From Verrucomicrobiaceae bacterium (GTDB lineage Bacteria; Verrucomicrobiota; Verrucomicrobiia; Verrucomicrobiales; Verrucomicrobiaceae), in assembly GCA_947471905.1 (NCBI GenBank), contig CANIZT010000015.1:1-24000 (forward strand): a stretch of 24,000 bases of DNA, written 5' to 3'. Below are positions 14,470 to 22,488 of the stretch, one piece after another; within the stretch, counting starts at the first letter, position 1; every line of letters begins with the position of its first letter. The notes below the pieces were generated by a model. That model searched no databases and had not been told where the DNA came from. It saw nothing but the letters and a program-made list of their open reading frames with translations. Both the position numbers and the translations under genes were made by a program.

Positions 14470-16533
14470 ATGAAGCTCCTCCCAGCCCTCCTGCTCTCAA
14501 TTGCTCTCGCCTCCCCTGCTCTCGCCGCGACGGACATCGTCGTCTATGGCGGCAGCTCTGGTGGCATCACCGCCGCGATTCAGGCAGCACGTATGGGGAA
14601 AACGGTCGTGCTGATCGAGCCGACGAAGTTTCTCGGCGGCCTGACCACCGGCGGCCTCGGTGCCACGGACATCGGCAATAAAAAGGCCATCGGCGGCATG
14701 TCGCGTGAGTTTTACCACCGCATCTGGAAGCATTACTCGAATCCCGCCTCATGGACGCTGCAGACACGCGAAAGCTATTACAAGAACAAGCCGCACGGTA
14801 ACACGGCCGACGAGGAGACGATGTGGACCTTCGAGCCGCACGTTGCCACGCAAGTCTATGACGACATGATCAAGGATGCCAAGGTGCCCGTCGTCTTCGG
14901 CGAGCGTCTCGACTTGAAGAAGGGCGTCGTCAAAAACGGCACGCGCATCACCAAGATCATCATGGAAAGCGGTCGCGAGTTTGAGGGCGCAATGTTCATC
15001 GACGCCACCTACGAGGGCGACCTCATGGCGAAGGCCGGTGTCAGCTACCACGTCGGCCGCGAACCGAACGCGCAATACGGTGAGACCATCAACGGCCTCC
15101 AGGTCGCAGGTGCGAAGCATCATCAGTTCATCAAGAACGTCGATCCCTATGTGAAGCCCGGCGATCCCTCCAGCGGCCTCGTTTGGGGCGTCACGCCAAT
15201 GCCTGAGGGCAAGGACGGCGACGGCGACAAGCGCATCCAGGCTTACAACTTCCGCATGTGCAACACGAACGACGATGCCATCCGCGTGCCCTTCGCCAAA
15301 CCGGCAAACTACGACGAAAAACAGTTCGAGCTGCTGCTGCGCAACTGCGAAGCAGGTGATCCGCGTCATCCCTGGGCACCCACGCCGATGCCGAGCCACA
15401 AGACCGACACGAACAACAACTTCGCCTTCAGCACCGACATGATCGGCATGAACTACGACTACCCGGATGGCGATTACGCCACGCGTGCGAAGATCTGGAA
15501 GGCGCATGAAGACTACCAGCAGGGCCTCATGTGGACGCTCGCCAATCACCCGCGTGTCCCCGAGAAAATCCGCGCCTACTACGCGAGTTGGGGCCTAGCA
15601 AAGGACGAATTCACCGAAAACAACCACTGGCCGCGTCAGATGTATGTGCGCGAGGCACGCCGCATGGTCGGTGGCTACGTCATGAGCGAGAAGAACTGCA
15701 AGCGCCGCGAGATCGTCGAGGACAGCGTCGGCATGGGTGCCTACAACATGGACAGCCATCACACCCAGCGCCACGTCACCCAGGACGGCTTCGCCCGCAA
15801 CGAAGGCGACATCCAGACCGGCACACGCCCCTATCCCATCAGCTACCGCAGCATCACGCCGAAGGCCGCTGAGTGTACGAACCTGCTCGTCCCCGTCTGC
15901 CTCAGCGCCAGCCACATCGCGTACGGCAGTATCCGCATGGAGCCCGTCTTCATGGTCATGGGCCAAAGCGCCGCCACCGCCGCCGTCATCGCGATTGATT
16001 CCAAAAAAGACCTCCAGCAGATCGACTACGCGAAACTGAAGGAACGCATGCTTGCCGACGGCCAGATGCTCGACTTCGAATCCCCCACTGCACCCGAACA
16101 CGCCGCCATCACCAAAGAACAACTCGGCGGCATCGTCGTCGATGACAGCGAGGCCACGCTCACCGGCTTCAGCTCTGAAGGCCACACCACCCCCGGCTTC
16201 GTCGGCGAAGGCTACCGCCACGACGGCGACAGCCTCAAAGGCGAGCAAACAGCCCGCTTCACACCCGATCTCCCCGCAGCAGGCCAGTATCGCGTCGCCA
16301 TCACCTACACCGCCCTTGCCAATCGTGCCGATTCCGTCCCTGTCATCATCCATCACGCCGATGGCGAGGCGAAAGTCATCGTGAACCAGAAAAAGAAAGC
16401 CGCCGAAAAAGATGTACTCCAGCCCCTCGGCACCTTCCGCTTTGAAGCTGGCAAAACCGGATGGCTCGAAATCCGCAACGAAGGCACCACTGGCCACGTC
16501 ATCCTCGACGCCGCCCAGTGGCTGGAGAAGTGA
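14470..16533 (+). CDS. Secreted FAD-dependent oxidoreductase (FAD_oxidored/PF12831-like) with a C-terminal ~135-aa beta-sandwich/CBM-like domain
   Basis: ORF 13981..16533. The start is refined to ATG 14470 (signal peptide MKLLPALLLSIALASPALAA), immediately followed by the Rossmann motif DIVVYGGSSGGITAAIQAARMGKTVVLIEP. The part of the track ORF upstream of 14470 overlaps the opposite-strand lipoprotein gene. C-terminal domain (about nt 16130-16533): GFVGEGYRHDG...AGQYRVAITY...LGTFRFEAGKTGWLEIRNEGTTGHVILDAAQW. Confidence 0.85.
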   Translation: MKLLPALLLSIALASPALAATDIVVYGGSSGGITAAIQAARMGKTVVLIEPTKFLGGLTTGGLGATDIGNKKAIGGMSREFYHRIWKHYSNPASWTLQTRESYYKNKPHGNTADEETMWTFEPHVATQVYDDMIKDAKVPVVFGERLDLKKGVVKNGTRITKIIMESGREFEGAMFIDATYEGDLMAKAGVSYHVGREPNAQYGETINGLQVAGAKHHQFIKNVDPYVKPGDPSSGLVWGVTPMPEGKDGDGDKRIQAYNFRMCNTNDDAIRVPFAKPANYDEKQFELLLRNCEAGDPRHPWAPTPMPSHKTDTNNNFAFSTDMIGMNYDYPDGDYATRAKIWKAHEDYQQGLMWTLANHPRVPEKIRAYYASWGLAKDEFTENNHWPRQMYVREARRMVGGYVMSEKNCKRREIVEDSVGMGAYNMDSHHTQRHVTQDGFARNEGDIQTGTRPYPISYRSITPKAAECTNLLVPVCLSASHIAYGSIRMEPVFMVMGQSAATAAVIAIDSKKDLQQIDYAKLKERMLADGQMLDFESPTAPEHAAITKEQLGGIVVDDSEATLTGFSSEGHTTPGFVGEGYRHDGDSLKGEQTARFTPDLPAAGQYRVAITYTALANRADSVPVIIHHADGEAKVIVNQKKKAAEKDVLQPLGTFRFEAGKTGWLEIRNEGTTGHVILDAAQWLEK

Positions 16534-16644
16534 AGCAAAAGCTGTAACACTTCTATGTTTAGCACGCGATCTTATCCATCCATTCCAAATCCAGCGCTTT
16601 GACTCGTTGGATCTGCCGCTTCGTTCCACTTTAGGATGCCGAAG

Positions 16645-16663
16645 CTTGACCACGGTGGTCAAG
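16645..16663. promoter_or_regulatory. Perfect 19-bp palindrome CTTGACCAC-G-GTGGTCAAG upstream of the FKBP gene
   Basis: Read directly: 9-bp arms around a central G, 47 bp upstream of ATG 16710. It contains a TTGACC (-35-like) hexamer on each strand. Confidence 0.4.
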
Positions 16664-16709
16664 TCGCAACACTGGGCCGTCGCTGAGCCACGCCACCCAA
16701 ACCACTCCT

Positions 16710-17201
16710 ATGATCCAATCCGTCAAATTCATCCTCCCTGCCCTCCTTCTTCTCGGCTGTAGCGAAACACCCAAGCCCAAGCCACGGCAAGCCCCGGCGC
16801 TGCCAACAACCCCTGCGGTTGTTCCGGCTGTCGCCGCCACGGTTGGCAGCGGCATCCATACGGCCGGGTCCGGCTTGCAGTATGAAGTCTTGAAGCGCGG
16901 CAGCGGCACGGTTTCTCCGACCGCCTTCGACAGCGTCACTGTTCACTATCACGGCACCACGCTCAGTGGCACGGTCTTTGATAGCTCGGTCGAACGTGGT
17001 CAGCCAGCCACCTTCCCCTTGAACGGCGTGATCGCAGGCTGGACGGAAGGGGTGCAGTTGATGAAGGTGGGCGACAAATTCAAGTTCGTGATTCCGCACA
17101 ACTTGGCTTACGGCGCGAGCAGTCCCAGCCCCAAAATTCCGCCCTTCAGCACGCTGGTCTTTGAGATTGAACTGCTGGGCATCAACGGCTCCACGAACTA
17201 A
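16710..17201 (+). CDS. FKBP-type peptidyl-prolyl cis-trans isomerase, lipoprotein
   Basis: Signal and lipobox MIQSVKFILPALLLLGC. FKBP domain: GLQYEVLKRGSG, VTVHYHGTTLSGTVFDSS, PATFPLNGVIAGWTEGVQLMKVGDKFKFVIP, LAYG, IPPFSTLVFEIELLGI. Confidence 0.9.
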   Translation: MIQSVKFILPALLLLGCSETPKPKPRQAPALPTTPAVVPAVAATVGSGIHTAGSGLQYEVLKRGSGTVSPTAFDSVTVHYHGTTLSGTVFDSSVERGQPATFPLNGVIAGWTEGVQLMKVGDKFKFVIPHNLAYGASSPSPKIPPFSTLVFEIELLGINGSTN

Positions 17202-17210
17202 GGCCAAGGC

Positions 17211-18515
17211 TTACCGCGCTGCGGTCTTCGCACTGCGTTTGCCGAGGCAGATGAGGCTCTTATCTCCACGAACGAAGATCTGGCCCTCGCTGAGAGCCGG
17301 TGAAGCGAAGACTTTTTCGCCGAGTTCGCTTTCGGCGAGAGCTTGATACGCCTTGCCGGGCTTCACGGTGCGCAGGGTGCCGGTGTCGTTGATGAAATAG
17401 ACGTGACCTTCGGCACTGGTGAGGGAGGCGTGATGCTCGCGCAGGCGCTCCTCCCACAGGATGTCGCCGGTCTTCGCGTCAAAGCAGTGGCCAATGCCGG
17501 AGTCGGAGACGATGAGGAAGTAGCCGCCCTCGACGATGGGCGAGGGCACGTAGCTCACACCTTTATTCGTGCGCCAGGCGATGTGCGTGTTGGTCACGTT
17601 GCCGCTGCCATCAGGCTTGATGGCGAGGAGATGATGCTCGGGGAAACCACCAGTCATGTAGAGCAGTCCGGTTTGATCACTGAAGACGAGCGAGGCCACG
17701 AACTGCTCGGTGGGGCCATCAATGATCCACAGCAGCTTGCCGGTGCGCGGATCGTAGCTGGTGACGCACATCGTGCCGCTGAGCACCATCTGCGTGCGAC
17801 CGCCGATGTCGCGAATGAGCGGCACGCAGTAGCTGCGTGTGTGATTCGGCCTTTCGATGCGCCACAGCTCTTTGCCGTCAGTTTTGGCCAAAGCAACGAT
17901 GTAGCCATCGCCATCATGGTCGCAGTTCACGATAACCTTGTCCTCGAACACAATCGGACTGGAGCAGAAGCCGTGCTTGCTGGAGAACAGGCCTGGACGC
18001 ACCTGCCAGAGCGGCTTGCCGCTGAAATCATGTGCGGAGATGACGACCGTGCCCTTCGGCACCTCGCCTTTAGGAATCTCACGACCCTCATTCGCTTTTC
18101 GCGTGGCATCGGTGGGCGTGTTGTCGAGGAAGGCGGTGAAGATGCGCTCACCATCCGTCGCAGGTGTGCTTGAGGCCTGGCTGTTGAGCCTGTGAATGCT
18201 CTCGATGGGCGCTTTGATCACGTTCGACTGCCACAGCATTTTGCCCGATGCGCGATCGAGGCACATCAGCACCCGCTGCTCCGTTTCTGCGATGGCGGAG
18301 ACGAGGAAGATGCGATCCTGCCACACAATCGGCGAGGCATGCCCACTGCCGGACAACTCGGCCTTCCACGTCACGTTTCCTTCAGCGGAAATCGGGAAGC
18401 CCGTGTCCTGCGAGGTGCCATCCAAACGCGGACCACGCCACTGCGGCCAGTTTTCGGCGAGGAGCGGTGTGCTAAGGGCTAAGAGCAGAGAAAGGAGGGC
18501 GCGAGTGGGGATCAT
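17211..18515 (-). CDS. Secreted PQQ-like (BamB/PQQ_2-type) beta-propeller repeat protein
   Basis: Signal peptide MIPTRALLSLLLALSTPLLA, followed by ENWPQWRGPRLDGTS, characteristic of PVC PQQ-like propeller proteins. Repeated blades with the W...G pattern: LWQSNV, PLWQVRPG, ELWRIERP, LLWIIDGP, ILWEERL, and a terminal GQIFVRGDKSLICLG. Confidence 0.8.
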   Translation of the reverse strand: MIPTRALLSLLLALSTPLLAENWPQWRGPRLDGTSQDTGFPISAEGNVTWKAELSGSGHASPIVWQDRIFLVSAIAETEQRVLMCLDRASGKMLWQSNVIKAPIESIHRLNSQASSTPATDGERIFTAFLDNTPTDATRKANEGREIPKGEVPKGTVVISAHDFSGKPLWQVRPGLFSSKHGFCSSPIVFEDKVIVNCDHDGDGYIVALAKTDGKELWRIERPNHTRSYCVPLIRDIGGRTQMVLSGTMCVTSYDPRTGKLLWIIDGPTEQFVASLVFSDQTGLLYMTGGFPEHHLLAIKPDGSGNVTNTHIAWRTNKGVSYVPSPIVEGGYFLIVSDSGIGHCFDAKTGDILWEERLREHHASLTSAEGHVYFINDTGTLRTVKPGKAYQALAESELGEKVFASPALSEGQIFVRGDKSLICLGKRSAKTAAR

Positions 18516-18549
18516 GGAGTGAAGCAGAACGGCGGGAGATGGGCGGAGC

Positions 18550-19140
18550 TTACGTTAGAGGATTGGAGATTGAAGCCCGTTGCATTCTCGTGCCACGCTT
18601 GTGCATGGCAATTGTCCAGACTGGAATCAAAATGAAGCAGGCGGCATAATAGAGATGCACCCAGGGCCACAGCATGTTGCTCCTCATTCGCATCAGCAGT
18701 GAAGGCGGCGCAAAAGAGCGCGGCCAGTCAAGGTGATGCTCGTCTCGCAACACACGATCACGCTCGCTGCTGGATGGAAACAATCGCAGCAGGCCTGAAC
18801 GCCGCTCTGCGATGAACCATCTTTTCGGGGAATTTCCACTGATCACAGTCTCTGACAGGCCGAAGTCCGTGATCCCACTCAATTGCCAGTGCTGTCTGGT
18901 CTGGTGCTCTTGAAAAGCCTTTATCCGCTCATCATAGGTCATTTCCTCGGCAGCTTCCTCGGACCACTTCACCGACGAGTTCGAGTAGTCCAAATACATC
19001 GGAGCATCCGGCGAGGAGGCTCCAATGGTGAAGTGCTCGCCCACTTTGACAAAGGGATCACGATGCAAACAGGCATCAAACATGAAAACCGGAAAGACCC
19101 AGCAAAGCAGTCTGGCCAAGATAACCCGAATCATTTTCAT
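18550..19140 (-). CDS. Hypothetical membrane protein (N- and C-terminal hydrophobic helices), no recognisable family
   Basis: 196-aa ORF with an ATG start 19 bp after the araB stop. N-terminal MKMIRVILARLLCWVFPVFMF and C-terminal LWPWVHLYYAACFILIPVWTIAM hydrophobic segments. GC is visibly lower than in its neighbours. The coding call rests on the ORF length, operon-like spacing and the lack of a better ORF on either strand. Confidence 0.5.
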   Translation of the reverse strand: MKMIRVILARLLCWVFPVFMFDACLHRDPFVKVGEHFTIGASSPDAPMYLDYSNSSVKWSEEAAEEMTYDERIKAFQEHQTRQHWQLSGITDFGLSETVISGNSPKRWFIAERRSGLLRLFPSSSERDRVLRDEHHLDWPRSFAPPSLLMRMRSNMLWPWVHLYYAACFILIPVWTIAMHKRGTRMQRASISNPLT

Positions 19141-19159
19141 GCTTGTGATGCGATGAGAG

Positions 19160-20839
19160 TCAGCTCTGCCGTGCCCGGATGTCGAGGAGCTGCTTCATGA
19201 CATGACTGAGTTTGCCGCTCCAGTCGGAGACACCAAAAGCGTCATGCACGTCGCGATAGAGAGCGTACAGCTCACGATAGACGGCGACGTTCTCCGGGAT
19301 CGGATGGTACACCTTTTCGCGAATGGCGGTGACTTTGGACTGAAGCTCCTGCCAGGTGCCAGCTCCGGCGGCGACAGCGCCGAAGATGGCGGCACCGAGG
19401 GCGCAGGTTTGCTCGCTTTGGCTGACTTTCATGGGCTTGCCGATGATGTCGGCGTAGATCTGCATGAGCGTGGCATTCTTGATGGAGAGACCGCCGGTGT
19501 TGATGACCTCCTCGATCTTCACGCCGTATTCCTCCACGCGCTTGATGATGGTGAGCGCGCCAAACGCGGTGGCCTCAATGTAGGCGCGGTAGATCTCATG
19601 CGCCTCGGTGTGCAGTGTCTGGCCGAGCAGCAGGCCGGTGAGACGCACATCGACGAGGATGGTGCGGTTGCCGTTGTTCCAATCGAGTGCGAGCAGGCCC
19701 GTGGCACCGGGTTTCTGACCTTCCATGGCCTTTTCCATGGCCACGAACTTCTCGCCCACGGTTTTGCCGTAGCTGTCGGGCACGAGGTGATTGACGAGCC
19801 ACAGGAAAAGATCCCCCACAGCGCTCTGTCCGGCCTCGATGCCGTAGTAGCCGGGTAAAACACTGCCATTCACGATGCCGCACACGCCGGGGATATCTGC
19901 GAGCGGCTTGCTCGTCGGCGAAATCATCAAATCACAGGTGCTGGTGCCGAGAATCTTTACCAAGGTGCCTTCTTTGATACCCGCACCAACCGCACCCGTG
20001 TGCGCATCGAAGGCACCAACACAAATCGCGGCGCCTTCTTGGAGGCCGAGACGCTTTGCCCATTCTGCGCAAAGGCCACCGGCCTTTGTATCGGCGGTGT
20101 GGGCCTCGGAATAGAGACGATCACGCAGATCGGCGAGCTTCGGATCGAGCTTGGCCAGAAATTCCTTATCCGGCAGACCACCCCATTCGGCGCTGAACAT
20201 CGCTTTGTGGCCAGCGGCACAAACGCTACGCTTCAGCGTGATTGGATCGGTGTTTCCGGTCAAAACGGCCGGAATCCAGTCGCAGTGCTCGACGAAGCTG
20301 AAAGCAGCCTCGAAGACTTGCGCATCCACGCGACTGAGACGGAGGATTTTGCTCCAGAACCATTCACTGGAATAAATGCCACCGCATTTGGCAATGATGT
20401 TCGGCCGCATCTCATGGCCGAACTTGGTGATCTCAGCGGCCTCAGCGTGGCCGGTGTGGTCTTTCCATAGCCAGACCATCGCGTTGAGGTTGCCCGTAAA
20501 TTCCGGCAGCAAGCCGAGTGGCGTGCCCTCTTTGTTCACCGGGATGGGCGTGCTGCCCGTGGTGTCGATGCCGATGCCAATGACCTGCGCAGGATCAAAG
20601 CCAGCCACCTTGGCCTTCGCCTGTTCCAAGGCACCACGCGTGACGCTTTCGAGGCCGTCGAGGTAATCCTGCGGATTCTGCCGCGCCACATGCGGGTCCT
20701 TCGGATCGAGCAGGATGCCCATCTCGCCACTGGGGTAGTTGAAAACGGTCGAGCCGACCTCCGCGCCGTTGTCGAGGTCAATGAGAAGGGAGCGGCAGGA
20801 ATTCGTGCCGTAGTCGATGCCGAGGGAGTAGCGCTTCAT
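19160..20839 (-). CDS. araB: Ribulokinase (FGGY carbohydrate kinase)
   Basis: ORF 19160..20881(-), start refined to ATG 20839 (MKRYSLGIDYGTNSCR). Long collinear blocks match E. coli AraB from memory: GIGIDTTGSTPIP, NAMVWLWKDHT, GGIYSSEWFWSKIL, HCDWIPAVLTG, CAAGHKAMF..WGGLP, GAFDAHTGAVGAG, LGTSTCD, GIEAGQSAVGD, LDWNNGNR, CALGAAIFGAVAAG. Confidence 0.88.
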   Translation of the reverse strand: MKRYSLGIDYGTNSCRSLLIDLDNGAEVGSTVFNYPSGEMGILLDPKDPHVARQNPQDYLDGLESVTRGALEQAKAKVAGFDPAQVIGIGIDTTGSTPIPVNKEGTPLGLLPEFTGNLNAMVWLWKDHTGHAEAAEITKFGHEMRPNIIAKCGGIYSSEWFWSKILRLSRVDAQVFEAAFSFVEHCDWIPAVLTGNTDPITLKRSVCAAGHKAMFSAEWGGLPDKEFLAKLDPKLADLRDRLYSEAHTADTKAGGLCAEWAKRLGLQEGAAICVGAFDAHTGAVGAGIKEGTLVKILGTSTCDLMISPTSKPLADIPGVCGIVNGSVLPGYYGIEAGQSAVGDLFLWLVNHLVPDSYGKTVGEKFVAMEKAMEGQKPGATGLLALDWNNGNRTILVDVRLTGLLLGQTLHTEAHEIYRAYIEATAFGALTIIKRVEEYGVKIEEVINTGGLSIKNATLMQIYADIIGKPMKVSQSEQTCALGAAIFGAVAAGAGTWQELQSKVTAIREKVYHPIPENVAVYRELYALYRDVHDAFGVSDWSGKLSHVMKQLLDIRARQS

Positions 20840-20846
20840 GGGTTGG

Positions 20847-20863
20847 AGTGGCGACAGTGGCGA
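20847..20863. repeat. Tandem 9-bp duplication AGTGGCGAC-AGTGGCGA in the araB leader
   Basis: AGTGGCGA at 20847-20854 and 20856-20863. On the araB strand it reads TTCGCCACT-GTCGCCACT-CCAACC-ATG, occupying the place of a ribosome-binding site. Confidence 0.6.
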
Positions 20864-20931
20864 ACGATGCCGAACGGTCAACGCACAGAATCGCGCAAGA
20901 GCGAGCTTTGGATCGCGTTTACGACGTCACT

Positions 20932-21609
20932 ATGACCAACCGCCTGCTTCTCTCCGCCGTCGTTCTTTCTTTCGCTTCGCTTCTTCACTCCGAGGACGCC
21001 TTTGTCCCGCTGTTTGACAGTACCACGCTCACGGGCTGGGAGCAGCATAGTGGCAAAGCCGAATATCGCGTGCAAGACGGCACCATCATCGGCAAAACGG
21101 TACCAGACACGGGGAACTCGTTCCTCTGCACGGCGAAGAAGTACACGGACTTCATTCTCGAAGTCGAGTTCAAGGTCGATCCGTCGATGAATTCAGGCAT
21201 TCAGTTCCGAAGCAACTACTACACGCAGGAGACGGAGGTGGAGATCGCTGGGAAGAAGAAGAAATTCCCCGCCGACCGTGTGCATGGCTATCAGTTTGAG
21301 ATTGATCCGAGTGATCGCGCCTACACGGGCGGTGTGTATGATGAAGGTCGCCGCGGCTGGCTTTTCGATTTGAAGAACAACGAAGCCGCCCGCAAGGCCT
21401 TCAAACAGGGCGAGTGGAATAAGGCACGCATCGAGTGTCGCGGTGGTAGCATCAAAACCTTCCTCAATGGCGTTCCGGCGGCGGACTTCACGGATGAAAT
21501 GACCAAGGAAGGCGTCATCGCCCTTCAGGTGCATGGCATCGGTAAGAATGCTGCGGCCGTGGGCAAGGAAGTGATGTGGAAAAACATCCGTATTCAGGAA
21601 ATTAAGTAG
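20932..21609 (+). CDS. Secreted DUF1080 / 3-keto-disaccharide hydrolase-domain protein
   Basis: ORF 20848..21609, start refined to ATG 20932 (signal MTNRLLLSAVVLSFASLLHS). Family pattern: FVPLFDSTTLTGWEQ, YRVQDGTIIG, FILEVEFKV, NSGIQFRS, GYQFEID, EWNKARIECRGGSIKTFLNGV, GVIALQVHG. Confidence 0.85.
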   Translation: MTNRLLLSAVVLSFASLLHSEDAFVPLFDSTTLTGWEQHSGKAEYRVQDGTIIGKTVPDTGNSFLCTAKKYTDFILEVEFKVDPSMNSGIQFRSNYYTQETEVEIAGKKKKFPADRVHGYQFEIDPSDRAYTGGVYDEGRRGWLFDLKNNEAARKAFKQGEWNKARIECRGGSIKTFLNGVPAADFTDEMTKEGVIALQVHGIGKNAAAVGKEVMWKNIRIQEIK

Positions 21610-21632
21610 CGCGAACTTTCGAGTTTGTTCGG

Positions 21633-21656
21633 GAAACGTGATGGAAATCACGTTTC
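21633..21656 (+). other. Perfect 10-bp stem / 4-nt loop hairpin GAAACGTGAT-GGAA-ATCACGTTTC between the DUF1080 and dienelactone-hydrolase genes
   Basis: Read directly. It lies 24 nt after the TAG stop (21607-21609) and 20 nt before ATG 21677. No U-tract follows (AACUUACC), so it is not a canonical terminator. It could be an RNA-stability or processing element, or a 24-bp protein-binding palindrome. Confidence 0.45.
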
Positions 21657-21676
21657 AACTTACCTACTATCCACTC

Positions 21677-22468
21677 ATGAAAACCAACCGAATCTTTATT
21701 GCAATCATCGCCCTGTTGCTCGCCTCGACTTCGATCAAAGCCGAGATCAAGGAAACCATCGTCGAATACCAATCGGGTGACGTGGTTTGCGAAGGACTGC
21801 ACGTCGTCGATACCGCCAAAACCGGCAAGCTTCCTGCCGTGCTCATCATTCATCAGTGGACCGGCTTGAGCGATAACGAAAAGATGCGAGCCCGCATGCT
21901 GGCAGCGCTCGGCTATAATGTCTTCGTAGCGGATGTGTATGGCAAAGGCATCCGCCCGCAACCACCGGCGGCAGGTCAAGAGGCCGGGAAATACAAATCC
22001 AACCGCAAGCTCTATCGTGAGCGCATGCTGTCGGCGCTGGAAGTGCTCGACAAGGATCCGCAGACAAACCCGTCGCAAGTGGCGGCCATCGGCTATTGCT
22101 TCGGTGGCACCGGGGTCATCGAACTGGCTCGCAGTGGTGCGCTACTCAAGGGCGTGGTGAGTTTCCATGGCGGACTCGATTCTCCAACCCCGGCTGATGG
22201 CAAAAGCATCAAGGGCAAGGTTCTGGCGCTGCATGGTGCGGACGATCCTTTTGTGCCGGCCAAGGATATCGCGGCCTTTGAGCAGGAGATGAAGGAAGCC
22301 AAGGTGGACTACAAGTTGGTCAGCTATCCCGGTGCGGTGCATGCCTTCACACAGAAGGCCGCTGGCAACGACAACAGCAAGGGCGCCGCTTATAACGAGG
22401 CCGCCGATAAGGCCTCTTGGGAAGAGATGAAGGCGTTCTTCGCCCGTATCTTTAAAGCCGAAGGCTGA
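21677..22468 (+). CDS. Secreted dienelactone hydrolase-family protein
   Basis: ORF 21638..22468, start refined to ATG 21677 (signal MKTNRIFIAIIALLLASTSIKA). DLH pattern: PAVLIIHQWTGL, GYNVFVADVYG, nucleophile motif IGYCFGG, VLALHGADDPFVP, YPGAVHAF. Confidence 0.85.
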   Translation: MKTNRIFIAIIALLLASTSIKAEIKETIVEYQSGDVVCEGLHVVDTAKTGKLPAVLIIHQWTGLSDNEKMRARMLAALGYNVFVADVYGKGIRPQPPAAGQEAGKYKSNRKLYRERMLSALEVLDKDPQTNPSQVAAIGYCFGGTGVIELARSGALLKGVVSFHGGLDSPTPADGKSIKGKVLALHGADDPFVPAKDIAAFEQEMKEAKVDYKLVSYPGAVHAFTQKAAGNDNSKGAAYNEAADKASWEEMKAFFARIFKAEG

Positions 22469-22488
22469 AACCTCGGATCAGCACTCTC

